DNA of 64,000 bases from Elainellaceae cyanobacterium. GTDB lineage: Bacteria > Cyanobacteriota > Cyanobacteriia > CAKZMO01. Positions within the stretch are counted from its first letter, which is position 1. Every line of letters starts with the position of its first letter. The notes under the pieces are model-generated. The model was not told where the DNA came from. It was given only the letters and a program-made list of their open reading frames with translations, and made no database searches. The stretch lies in the NCBI GenBank assembly GCA_050330955.1, contig JBHJHJ010000024.1:1217-65216 (forward strand). The letters are read 5' to 3'. The translations under genes and the position numbers were made by a program. Below are positions 50,379 through 59,688 of this stretch, piece by piece.

Positions 50379-51491
50379 GTGAGTTTTCTCTCTAATCTAT
50401 TTCAGAAGAAGTCAAAAGGCATTGGTGTCGAATTGACCCCTGAGCGAGTCAACGTTGCGCAAATTCGGCGCAAAGGTCAGGCCTTTCACTTATCTCAATT
50501 TGCCTCTGCCGATGTTCCCGAGGGCGTTTTTCGTGAGGGGCAAATTCTCGATCCTCCGGCTATGGCTGATATCCTTCAGGGGCTATTTGCCGAGCATAAG
50601 CTTAAGACTAACGTCGTCGCTACAGCGATTTCTGGGGGGCGAGATACGGTAACGCGGATTATCCCAGTTCCCGCCGAATTAGACGACAATGAGCTACGGG
50701 ATATGGTTCTCAACCAAGAGGCGGGACTCTATCTGCCCTTCCCCCGTGAGGAAGCGGACGTCGATTATCAGAAGCTCGGATTTTTTGTCGACGAGGACGG
50801 CATTGAGAAAGTCCAGGTGTTGCTTGTTGCTACCCGCAAAGAGGTGACCGACAATTATCTGATGACGTTTCAGCAGGCCGGCTTAGATATCGATATCCTC
50901 GAGATATCAAGCTTCTCACTGATTCGCACCATTCGAGAGCAGCTCCGGCAGTTCACACCCCAAGAGGCGGTGGCTATTGTCGATACTGAGTTCGAAAATA
51001 CTGAGATCTCTATTGTTGTTGACGGCGTTCCCCACTTTTCTAGAACAGTGCCCATCGGAACGTACCAAGTCCAGTCCGCTCTGAGCCGCGCCATGAATCT
51101 GCCGCCATCGCGCAACACCGATTTGCTGCAGGGCATGACCATTCCGGTGACGCCCATGGACAGCGTAGGCGTGCCTCAAATGGGGGCAGGCACCAACCCT
51201 GGCACAGCCGCAATGATTCGCGTTCTCGGCGAACTGGCCGACGAGTTACGGCGCTCCATCGATTTTTATCTCAATCAGGGGGAGGAACTGGAGGTGGCTC
51301 AGCTTTTACTGTCGGGGCCTGGTGCAGCCATCGGCCAGCTTGATGAGTTTTTCTCCCAGCGCCTGAGTTTGCCTGCCACCCAAATTGACCCCATCTCGGC
51401 ACTCTCTTTGGATGTCGAGGGCGATATTTCGGAGATACAGCGGTCTGGTCTGGGCGTTGTGATTGGCTTAGGGTTAAGGGAGGCTTGGTAG
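50379..51491 (+). CDS. pilM: Type IV pilus assembly protein PilM
   Basis: Actin-like ATPase fold. N-terminus KSKGIGVELTPERVNVAQI. Position at the head of the pilMNOQ operon. Confidence 0.8.
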   Translation: MSFLSNLFQKKSKGIGVELTPERVNVAQIRRKGQAFHLSQFASADVPEGVFREGQILDPPAMADILQGLFAEHKLKTNVVATAISGGRDTVTRIIPVPAELDDNELRDMVLNQEAGLYLPFPREEADVDYQKLGFFVDEDGIEKVQVLLVATRKEVTDNYLMTFQQAGLDIDILEISSFSLIRTIREQLRQFTPQEAVAIVDTEFENTEISIVVDGVPHFSRTVPIGTYQVQSALSRAMNLPPSRNTDLLQGMTIPVTPMDSVGVPQMGAGTNPGTAAMIRVLGELADELRRSIDFYLNQGEELEVAQLLLSGPGAAIGQLDEFFSQRLSLPATQIDPISALSLDVEGDISEIQRSGLGVVIGLGLREAW

Positions 51492-51492
51492 G

Positions 51493-52239
51493 ATGTACGG
51501 TCTCGATATCAACTTTCTGAACGATCGCAGGGCCGTAGTTGAGGAAAGCCCGACGGCAGCGCCCACAATTCGCGAAGAATCGAATTGGCGGCCTACAATC
51601 GTGGGTGCTGCCGTCGGGCTGGTGCCGCTGATTCTGGTTCTGCTGTCTTGGTTCTGGGTCAGATCATCTACCAGTAATCTGGAGGCTCGGCAGGCAGAGG
51701 TCAACCGACAGCTGGCGGCGCGGGAGGCTGAACAGGCTGAGCTTGATAATGCTCGGGCCCGGGCACAGCAGGCTGAGGAAGAGGCTAGGGCGCTTGTAAC
51801 CGTGTTCGACCAAATTAAACCTTGGTCGGCGCTGCTCCAGAGCATTCAAGACAGCGTTCCCAGTGGGGTTCAGATTGCTGGAGTGGAGCAGGGCGACAGG
51901 GCAGAAGAGGCTCAGAGCATTACGATTTCGGGGTTTGCAGTTTCATTTGATGATGTCAACGACTTTTTGCTGGTGCTGAAGCGATCGCCTTTTATTGAGT
52001 CAGAGGGAACTGGGCTGGAGAGCGCGAACGTCACCGATTATCCTGCTGTTGACTACGAGCTACCCGAGGATGCCACCCCCGGAACCAACGTTCAAGTGCC
52101 TGAGGTGATTGAATTTACCATCGCAGCAGATTTGACTGACCTACCAGCATCTCAACTGCTCGCCGAGCTCGAGAGCACGCTCGCGGTTGGGTTGACCTCA
52201 AGAATTCAGACCTTACGAGACAGAGGAGCGTTTGAATAA
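51493..52239 (+). CDS. pilN: Type IV pilus assembly protein PilN
   Basis: MYGLDINFLNDRR..., single TM helix, coiled-coil. The gene abuts pilM with a 1-bp gap. Confidence 0.75.
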   Translation: MYGLDINFLNDRRAVVEESPTAAPTIREESNWRPTIVGAAVGLVPLILVLLSWFWVRSSTSNLEARQAEVNRQLAAREAEQAELDNARARAQQAEEEARALVTVFDQIKPWSALLQSIQDSVPSGVQIAGVEQGDRAEEAQSITISGFAVSFDDVNDFLLVLKRSPFIESEGTGLESANVTDYPAVDYELPEDATPGTNVQVPEVIEFTIAADLTDLPASQLLAELESTLAVGLTSRIQTLRDRGAFE

Positions 52240-53078
52240 TGACCGTAAGTGACTATCCCGACGATAATCAGTATTACGAGGCTGAACCGGTCTACCCCAC
52301 AGCGTTTGGCGTCGAGCTGACCCCCAATGTTTTGGGGATCGTTGCGGCTGTCGTGGGCGTCGGCCTTTCAATGTACCTGCTGTTTAGATTCGTAATACCG
52401 GCATTTTCGCGGCAGCAGCAGCTTCAGCAAGAGGTGGAAGTCCAGGAAGAGCGCGTCGCAAATTTGGAAGATACCCAGCGAGAAATTGAAGCGGCGCGAG
52501 CTGAGCAGGCGCGAGCTGAGCAGCTCCAGGCCGACGTGCTGGCGCTTTTCGCTAACGAAGAAAATCTAGAAACGCTGCTGTACGACCTGAATCAGCGGGT
52601 TCAGTCAGTCAATGCGGGCATTGTGGATGAGGATCGTAGGGCCGAGCTTGTGCGCTTTGAGGTGGATGAGGCCGCCTCTGGCCTCGTTCAGGACAGCTCT
52701 TTAGGCGAGAGCGTCAACGGTCGCCTAGAGCGGCGCGTTTACAACGTCGAGCTTGAGGGCAGCTTCGCTCAAACGCAGTCAATCTTGCGCAACGTCGAGC
52801 GTCTACAGCCGCTTTTGATTGTTCAGGAATTTGACAGCGATCTAGATACGTCCGATCAAACCGTCCAGCTTGACGCGCAGGGCAATGTGGATTCAGCGGC
52901 TGTGTTGCCTCAAGCGCGGCTTAACACGGCATTTCGGCTGGATGCTTTGCTGCCTGCCTCACCTGAAGCCACCGCCGAGACGAATGGTAATGCTGCGGGA
53001 GCAGAGGCGGCAGCAGGCGCTGCTGAGGGTGGCGAGGCTGCTGGTTCATCTGCGGCGGGAGCCGAGGCATCAGAATAG
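52239..53078 (+). CDS. pilO: Type IV pilus assembly protein PilO
   Basis: Start overlaps the pilN stop. TM helix plus coiled-coil. Position is between pilN and pilQ. Confidence 0.7.
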   Translation: MTVSDYPDDNQYYEAEPVYPTAFGVELTPNVLGIVAAVVGVGLSMYLLFRFVIPAFSRQQQLQQEVEVQEERVANLEDTQREIEAARAEQARAEQLQADVLALFANEENLETLLYDLNQRVQSVNAGIVDEDRRAELVRFEVDEAASGLVQDSSLGESVNGRLERRVYNVELEGSFAQTQSILRNVERLQPLLIVQEFDSDLDTSDQTVQLDAQGNVDSAAVLPQARLNTAFRLDALLPASPEATAETNGNAAGAEAAAGAAEGGEAAGSSAAGAEASE

Positions 53079-53145
53079 CGTAGGCGATAGTTTTGACTCG
53101 TCAGTCCATGTCCATATATAAAATTTCTATCCGGAGGAGAGAACG

Positions 53146-55311
53146 TTGAAACGGCATCTCAGAACAGGCAGCCTTGGGCTCGGTCTATTTGCGGGGAGTG
53201 CTACAGCTGTCTTGGTCGCCACTGCGGCGGCTGCGCAGTCGGTGGCGGTGATCACCGATGTCACCATTCGTCAAGCAACGGAGGGGATTGAGGTCATCTT
53301 GACTTCCGACAGCGGCACGCGCCCTCAGATTTTCACCGTGAGCCGCGACAATACGCTGGTAGCGGATTTAATCAACACTGAGCTCAGCTTGGATGGCAGC
53401 AGCGACTTTGTCAGCAATAACCCTGCGCCGGGCATCGCTTCAGTGACAGTGTCTCAGCTCGATGCCAACAGCATTCGCGTCATTGTGGCGGGTGAAACGG
53501 AGCTTCCTGTCGGACAGGTCCGCCAAACTGACGAAGCCATCATATTTGACTTTGCCACGGCGGCGATCGCTACGTCAGATGATGAGCCTGTCCCGGTGGT
53601 CGTAGATCCTGTTCAGCCTTCAGCCCCCCTCCCCGAACCGCCGGTGGTGGCCCAAGAGCCAGAGCCCGTTGAGGCCGATATTGAAACGCCTAATGTATTG
53701 GTTCCCGATCCAGAGGTGCGCATTGATGGGGTAGAGGTGGAGCCAGGCCCCATTGCCAGTACGCCACCCACCCTCCCGCGAGCGATCGCCCCGCCTGTGG
53801 GTGATATCGCTGTAACCAGCATCGATCCCTCCCCCTCCACCATTGCTTTGGGCACGTCCGAAGTGCTGCCCCGTCTGGTGCTCCGCGACGCCCCGGTGCG
53901 CGAGGTGCTCTCTCTGCTGGCGCGGGCGGCGGGACTCAACCTAGCTTTTACAGGTGACCCTGAAGCCGAACTTGAAGCCGATGAAATTACCATTTCCCTA
54001 GACATCGAGAACGAGCCCATTCAGGATGTGTTTAACTACGTGCTGCGGCTCTCTAACCTAGACGCCAGCCGGTTTGGACGCACAATTTTTGCGGGACCAC
54101 GGCTACCCAACTCGGCCCGACAGCTTGTGGTGCGTAATCTGCGCCTCAACCAGATAGACGTGCCGTCGGCGCTCAACTTCTTGGTGGGCCTAGGTGCAGA
54201 GACCGCCGTGAGTCGTCAGCGCCTGGTTACGGCGGTCAACGCAGTTACGGTGGGTGAGGGTGCCGACACCGCCCTCACCCAGACTGAAACTTTTGAGCGA
54301 ATAGATATTGAAACCCAGCGCATCGATTACGAAGATTCTGTTCCCATCCTGCGGGGCCTCCAGGTTATTGGCGATGAGCGCACCAATTCAGTAACGTTGG
54401 TGGGCTCGCCAAGGCAGATCGAAATTGCCGTGGCCCAGCTCATTCCCCTCGACATTCGCCGCCGGCAGGTGGCGGTCAACGTTAAGGTCATCGACGTAGA
54501 CCTCGATGCCATTGACCGGGCCTCGAGCAGCTTCTCGTTTGGCGTCGACGATGCCACTTTTATTCAGGAAGGGGGCATTGGGGTAATTAACTTTGGTGAC
54601 AGTATCCCTGGCAGCGCGCCGGACGATATCTTAACCGACAACTTCGGGGACGTGACCGGCATCGTTCCGTCGTTCGAGTTCGGATTTAATAACGACTTCT
54701 TCGGCCAGCTCCAGCTTGCGATCACCAACAGCAACGCCAAAATCCTTACGGATCCAACCCTGGTGGTGCAAGAGGGCCAGACTGCGCAGCTGGTTCTAGC
54801 CGATGAAGTGATTACTAACGTTGAGATTGAGACAGACGGTACGGGCGACGATCAGACGCAGACGGTTACAGTTGAAACGGAGCCCGCAGGCGTGCTCTTA
54901 AATGTGGAGGTCGATCGGATTGACGATAACGGCTTTGTCAGCCTATCGGTGGCGCCGACGGTTTCAGAGCCCAGTTCCACTGAAGTCGTTACTGTGGAAG
55001 GGGCCAGCATTGAGCTGACGCTGCTGTCTGAGCGTCAGCTGACCTCTGGACAGCTGCGGCTGCGAGATGGCCAAACCATCGTGCTGTCTGGAATTATTCA
55101 AGACACCGACCAGGTATCCTCGACCAAGATTCCGATTTTGGGCGATCTTCCTATCATCGGGGCGCTGTTCCGCCGTACTGAGCGGACAAATGAGCGGAGT
55201 GAGGTAATCATTGTGATGACCGTCAATATCTTAGATGATTCTGAAGGCTCAACGTTTGGCTATAGCTACACCCCAGGGAGTGCTGACTCCCAGGAGCTAC
55301 TCCAGCGCTAA
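53146..55311 (+). CDS. pilQ: Type IV pilus secretin PilQ
   Basis: C-terminal secretin signature KIPILGDLPIIGALFRRTERTNERSEVIIVMTVNIL. Signal peptide. N-terminal AMIN-like region. Confidence 0.85.
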   Translation: MKRHLRTGSLGLGLFAGSATAVLVATAAAAQSVAVITDVTIRQATEGIEVILTSDSGTRPQIFTVSRDNTLVADLINTELSLDGSSDFVSNNPAPGIASVTVSQLDANSIRVIVAGETELPVGQVRQTDEAIIFDFATAAIATSDDEPVPVVVDPVQPSAPLPEPPVVAQEPEPVEADIETPNVLVPDPEVRIDGVEVEPGPIASTPPTLPRAIAPPVGDIAVTSIDPSPSTIALGTSEVLPRLVLRDAPVREVLSLLARAAGLNLAFTGDPEAELEADEITISLDIENEPIQDVFNYVLRLSNLDASRFGRTIFAGPRLPNSARQLVVRNLRLNQIDVPSALNFLVGLGAETAVSRQRLVTAVNAVTVGEGADTALTQTETFERIDIETQRIDYEDSVPILRGLQVIGDERTNSVTLVGSPRQIEIAVAQLIPLDIRRRQVAVNVKVIDVDLDAIDRASSSFSFGVDDATFIQEGGIGVINFGDSIPGSAPDDILTDNFGDVTGIVPSFEFGFNNDFFGQLQLAITNSNAKILTDPTLVVQEGQTAQLVLADEVITNVEIETDGTGDDQTQTVTVETEPAGVLLNVEVDRIDDNGFVSLSVAPTVSEPSSTEVVTVEGASIELTLLSERQLTSGQLRLRDGQTIVLSGIIQDTDQVSSTKIPILGDLPIIGALFRRTERTNERSEVIIVMTVNILDDSEGSTFGYSYTPGSADSQELLQR

Positions 55312-55338
55312 TGTCTTAGACTGCTATCCGTAATTCCG

Positions 55339-55381
55339 TAAGCGTGTTTATCCAACTCGGGTAAACACGCTTATGTTTTTA
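55339..55381 (+). terminator. Rho-independent terminator after pilQ
   Basis: TAAGCGTGTTTAT-CCAACTCGGG-TAAACACGCTTAT followed by GTTTTT. Confidence 0.6.
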
Positions 55382-55731
55382 GACTGCTGTCAATTATGCC
55401 GTTTTTTACGCTTTTACTCCGAGTCAAATGTGCTCGATAAAATGAAGCGATCGCACCCCTGCGGTGTGCTTTTGTTTATCCTAGTGGATCTAACTTTTAA
55501 TAATCGAGAGGTCGGACCTGTTGATTGGGGAGTAAAAATGGTTAGTTTATTCAGAAATCTGAAAAAAAATTCCTAAATTGCTCAAAATTGAGCCTCTGGT
55601 TATTCCAAATTATCTAACTTCCCTTTAGAATAGGGCATTGAAACTCAGCTTTTACTAGAGTTTCGGAAGTCGTAAAGCTTTATCCTATTCTCGTCCACTC
55701 AATTATCTCGAGTTAATTTCAGGAGATTCGT

Positions 55732-56010
55732 ATGAACAAAGGTGAATTAGTTGACAAAATTGCTGAAAAAGCGAGTGTCACAAAGAAGGAAGCGGACGCA
55801 GTCTTGACGGCTGCTTTAGAGGCAATTATGGACGCCGTTTCAGATAATGACAAAGTCACGTTAGTGGGCTTTGGCTCATTTGAACCCCGCGAGCGCAAGG
55901 CTCGCGAAGGCCGCAACCCTAAGACCGGTGAAGCGATGACAATTCCAGCAACGCGAGTGCCTGCGTTCTCGGCAGGCAAACTGTTTAAGGAAAAGGTCGC
56001 GCCTAAGTAG
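55732..56010 (+). CDS. hup: DNA-binding protein HU
   Basis: MNKGELVDKIAEKASVTKKEADAVLTAALEAI...GFGSFEPRERKAREGRNPKTGEAMTIPATRVPAFSAGK is canonical HU. AGGAG lies upstream. Confidence 0.9.
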   Translation: MNKGELVDKIAEKASVTKKEADAVLTAALEAIMDAVSDNDKVTLVGFGSFEPRERKAREGRNPKTGEAMTIPATRVPAFSAGKLFKEKVAPK

Positions 56011-56015
56011 CTCTG

Positions 56016-57098
56016 ATGTCGTCACCCAATCACGGGGGAAACTTAGCTTGGGCAGCTCAGCTCGCAGGCTGTTTTCCCCATGATATTCTTGATTTCTCGG
56101 CCAGCATCAATCCGCTCGGCCCGCCGGCTTCGGCGATCGCCGCCATTCAGTCCAGCCTTGACCAGCTGCGGGCCTATCCCGATCCGGCCTACAGCCATCT
56201 GCGGCGCGTTCTGGCCGATCTGCATCAGCTCCATCCCGATTGGGTCTGTCCGGGCAATGGCTCTGCTGAGCTGTTGACCTGGGCAAGCCGGGAGCTAGCG
56301 CAAACTAAGGCGGCTTATCTCTTCGCTCCTGCATTCGGGGACTACCGGCGATCGCTAGCAGCATTTGGGGCTCGCGTAATGCCTCAACAGCTTTTGGAGC
56401 AATGGCCGCAGTCAGGGGAGCATCGTATTTCTCTTGCCCCGCCGCCGGGCTGCGGGCTGCTGATCAACAATCCCCACAACCCTACAGGTCTGCTGTTCGA
56501 CTACTCCGACCTATGCGACTGCCTCGACGCGTTTGAACTGGTTGTGGTTGATGAGGCCTTCATTGACTTTCTGCCGCCGGGTCAGCAACCAAGCCTGGTG
56601 CCGCTGGTGACTCAATATCCCAACCTGGTGGTGCTGCGATCGCTGACAAAGTTCTACAGCCTGCCAGGGCTGCGCATCGGCTATGCGGTGGCCCACCCCG
56701 AGCGGCTGCAGCGCTGGCAGCGCTGGCGTGACCCCTGGTCCGTCAATACGCTTGCGGCTGTGGCTGCTGAAGCTGCTGTCCGCGACGCTGAATTTCAAGC
56801 TAAAACTTGGCGCTGGCTCCCCCCGGCTCGCCAGAATCTGATCGCTGGCCTAGCCCAAAAGCCAGGCTTGACGCCCTACCGCAGTGCCGCAAATTATGTG
56901 CTGGTCCACTGCGTAGATTCTGCGACTCGGCTCCAGCGTCAGCTTCTGCAGCGGCACCGCATCCTTATCCGCGACTGCAACAGCTTCCCCGAACTGGGGG
57001 ATAGCTACTTCCGCATCGCCGTCCGAACTCTAGAGGAGAATCAGCGCTTACTTGAGGCGCTCTCAGACGTTTTGGCCAGTGAGGTCATAGCAGGGTAG
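56016..57098 (+). CDS. cobD: L-threonine-O-3-phosphate decarboxylase (cobalamin biosynthesis)
   Basis: HGGNLAW...DFSASINPLGPP...NNPHNPTGLL...LRSLTKFYSLPGLRIGYAVA...WSVNTLA...ANYVLVHC...YFRIAVRTLEENQRLLEAL closely parallels Salmonella CobD. Confidence 0.8.
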   Translation: MSSPNHGGNLAWAAQLAGCFPHDILDFSASINPLGPPASAIAAIQSSLDQLRAYPDPAYSHLRRVLADLHQLHPDWVCPGNGSAELLTWASRELAQTKAAYLFAPAFGDYRRSLAAFGARVMPQQLLEQWPQSGEHRISLAPPPGCGLLINNPHNPTGLLFDYSDLCDCLDAFELVVVDEAFIDFLPPGQQPSLVPLVTQYPNLVVLRSLTKFYSLPGLRIGYAVAHPERLQRWQRWRDPWSVNTLAAVAAEAAVRDAEFQAKTWRWLPPARQNLIAGLAQKPGLTPYRSAANYVLVHCVDSATRLQRQLLQRHRILIRDCNSFPELGDSYFRIAVRTLEENQRLLEALSDVLASEVIAG

Positions 57099-57145
57099 AT
57101 GAACTTGTTTACTTCTGCAGGGCAGAACTATATCCAAGCCGAGCT

Positions 57146-58579
57146 ATGGCCGTTGACTATAACTTAGTAATCTTGGGCGGCAGCCTGGTTGCCCACCACG
57201 CGGCGGTGCGTGCGGCAGAGTGGGGCGCAAGGGTAGCGCTAGTAGAGCCCCCCCGAAGCCCCGCAGACTGGGAGCGTGAGCAGCTGCAGCTCGCCTATCT
57301 TCAGGCTGGCCAAGAGCCCTGGGATAGCACTCGCCCTAGCGATCGCCAGACTATGACAATGGGGAGTAGGGTGCTGCCTCTAGATTGGGACGGCAAGATT
57401 GGGCACCGGCTCGCTGAGGCCAACACATTTGCTGCCTGGCAGCTCGATCAATCGGACCCAGCGAGCCTAGCGTTTAAGGGAATAGACGTGGTCACAGGCA
57501 GCGGCGCTTTTGTGGATGGGCCGACCCTGGCCGTACAGGTGGGGGAAAGGGTGCTGCGGGGCCATCACTATCTAATCGCAGGCGCCGCCGTTCCCCACAT
57601 TCCTCCCGCGCTAGAGCAATCTCATATCACGTCGCTGCAGCATTTAGGGCAAGTTCAGCCCCAGTCCGTAGCCGTTTGGGGAGAACACCCCCAGACCCTA
57701 GTCCTGGCTCAGGCCCTACAGCGACTGGGGTTACTGGTGGTCTTGGCAACGCCGGCTAATCGCCTGCTGCCGCAAGAAGACCTAGAAGTGGTTAATTTGA
57801 TCCAGGCGCAGCTAGAGGCTGACGGCGTTAGCGTTATCACATCTGCATCTCTAGCGGACGCTGGAGCACAGCGTGGAGAGGCCCCAGACTCAATCGAAAT
57901 TCGCTCTGGGTCTCTTATCCTCAGGGTCGATCGGGTCATGTCCCCTTCGACCTACGCCCCCAATTTCTCTACCCTGGTGCTGCCGGCGGCGATAAAAACC
58001 ACGCCCTCTGCCGTTATCGTCAACCGGCAACTCCAGACGGGCCACCCCAGAATCTACGCCTGCGGGTATACCCTAGATGCCAACTGCACCACTGCAGTAG
58101 CGATCGCTGAAGCTGAGGTTGCCGTTGACAACGCGCTGTCCCTGCCCTATCGACACGTTCCCTATACAAGAATTCCGCAAACGCTGCTCACAGATCCTCC
58201 CGCAGTGCGGATTGGCCTAACCGCTCGTCAGGCGCTGCAGAGGCATCGCGGCGCGGTGGTACTGCGACAGATTCTAGCACCGCTGAAGCGAACCCAGCTC
58301 GAAGGATCCCCACCTGGGCTGTGCCAACTGGTGGTCTCGAAGCAGGGCCGAATTTTGGGGGCCTGCGCCATCGGTCCCGCTGCCCAAGAGTGGTGCAGCC
58401 TTCTGGTGTGGGCGATCGCCCGTCGTATGACGCTTCAGTCTCTAAACCTCACCTGGCCTGGTTCTGCCTACGGAGAAGTGATTTTGAGTTTGGCAAACCA
58501 GTGGCGATGGCAGCGGCGACGGTGGCTGGTTAAGCGGCTTGAGCCCCTATGGAACTGGCGGCGGGACTGGACGCGATAG
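57146..58579 (+). CDS. Pyridine-nucleotide-disulfide-oxidoreductase-family homologue lacking canonical cofactor and redox motifs
   Basis: Overall architecture matches dihydrolipoamide-dehydrogenase-like enzymes (N-terminal VILGGSLVAHHAAVRAA; C-terminal dimerisation-type GLCQLVVSKQGRILGACAIGP). There is no GxGxxG in either Rossmann segment and no CxxxxC redox pair. Confidence 0.5.
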   Translation: MAVDYNLVILGGSLVAHHAAVRAAEWGARVALVEPPRSPADWEREQLQLAYLQAGQEPWDSTRPSDRQTMTMGSRVLPLDWDGKIGHRLAEANTFAAWQLDQSDPASLAFKGIDVVTGSGAFVDGPTLAVQVGERVLRGHHYLIAGAAVPHIPPALEQSHITSLQHLGQVQPQSVAVWGEHPQTLVLAQALQRLGLLVVLATPANRLLPQEDLEVVNLIQAQLEADGVSVITSASLADAGAQRGEAPDSIEIRSGSLILRVDRVMSPSTYAPNFSTLVLPAAIKTTPSAVIVNRQLQTGHPRIYACGYTLDANCTTAVAIAEAEVAVDNALSLPYRHVPYTRIPQTLLTDPPAVRIGLTARQALQRHRGAVVLRQILAPLKRTQLEGSPPGLCQLVVSKQGRILGACAIGPAAQEWCSLLVWAIARRMTLQSLNLTWPGSAYGEVILSLANQWRWQRRRWLVKRLEPLWNWRRDWTR

Positions 58580-58594
58580 GCCAGCGTCAATCCG

Positions 58595-58807
58595 CTATGA
58601 TTCGTCGTAGGCTTCTAGGTCCAGCAGATGCATATAGGTCTCTACCATGTCAGGGCGCTGAAAGGCGATCGCCCGCAGCAGGTGCCAGTCCTGTAGGCCA
58701 TCAAACGGGCTGCTGTATTCGTCTTGCTCTAATCGTTTAGCAAGCTGAGCAACGTCGAGCTCAGTGATATTGTCTACGTCGTGCTTCGAAATCGTTAATG
58801 TAGTCAT
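58595..58807 (-). CDS. Hypothetical small acidic protein (70 aa)
   Basis: ATG at 58807 (MTTLTISKHD...). It follows the esterase gene on the same strand. Confidence 0.3.
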   Translation of the reverse strand: MTTLTISKHDVDNITELDVAQLAKRLEQDEYSSPFDGLQDWHLLRAIAFQRPDMVETYMHLLDLEAYDES

Positions 58808-58909
58808 GGCGAGGATCTCCAGAGCGGACACAGCGGTTGAGCGACTGACGGAACACAGCTCGTTTGGATGATTCGCCAGCCGGCGTACTTGACTCTTATC
58901 CTATTCGGT

Positions 58910-59581
58910 CTAATCTATCATTGGTTGGGTGGATTCGATAAAACTTTGCATTAAATTAAGAACTTTTGATGAAATTTCATGGCCCATGGGGAGCTCGTGG
59001 TAATCCACCGAGGCGGAGAGGGCCGTGAGCTGCTGATGCGCCTGATGGGCCGCTTGAACCGGCACCACGGCGTCTTGGGTGCCGTGCACCAGCAGGGTTG
59101 GGGCAGGGCGATCGCCATTGCCCAAAGACCGGTGGAGATAGCCACTTAGGGACATCAGCCGCGCCAGGGGCATTTGCGGCCCTATATCCAGAGTCATGGC
59201 CCCGCCCTGGGAAAAGCCCCCCAAAATGGTGCGCGAGAGCGGAACCTCAAGCTGAGCGCAGAGCGCGTTTAGCCAAGCCCTGAGGCGCTGACGGCTTTCC
59301 TGTAGATCGCCTTGTTCCAGGCCAATAAGCTGATCTAGCTTAGTTTCATCGTCAAGACTAGCTTCAGGAAAGGAATACCACATAAACCCTCCCGGCGAGT
59401 AGGGATGGCGAAACGGTGCGTCAGGAAAGGCTAAGGCGTAGCCCGGCAGCCGTAAATCGTCCGCAACAGTGGCCACGTCCTGGGCGTTTGCGCCCCAGCC
59501 ATGCAGCAGCACGAGTAGATTTCGGGGTTGGGACTGGGCATTGCGCACGATGCTGGTAAGGGTGTCGGGGCTGTCAACCAT
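58910..59581 (-). CDS. Phospholipase/carboxylesterase-family alpha/beta hydrolase
   Basis: LLVLLHGWGANAQD, ILGGFSQGGAM (GxSxG) and LLVHGTQDAVVP are typical of the PF02230 esterase family. The ATG at 59581 was chosen. Confidence 0.7.
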   Translation of the reverse strand: MVDSPDTLTSIVRNAQSQPRNLLVLLHGWGANAQDVATVADDLRLPGYALAFPDAPFRHPYSPGGFMWYSFPEASLDDETKLDQLIGLEQGDLQESRQRLRAWLNALCAQLEVPLSRTILGGFSQGGAMTLDIGPQMPLARLMSLSGYLHRSLGNGDRPAPTLLVHGTQDAVVPVQAAHQAHQQLTALSASVDYHELPMGHEISSKVLNLMQSFIESTQPMID

Positions 59582-59688
59582 GGCCAATAACTGGATTAGA
59601 AAACCGGAGCGAATTGGGCGTTGCCGTTCTCGTCGATAATAGAAGCACCCAAGGGCGGCGTCCATCAAGTTTTAAAAAAGAGGAGCAT

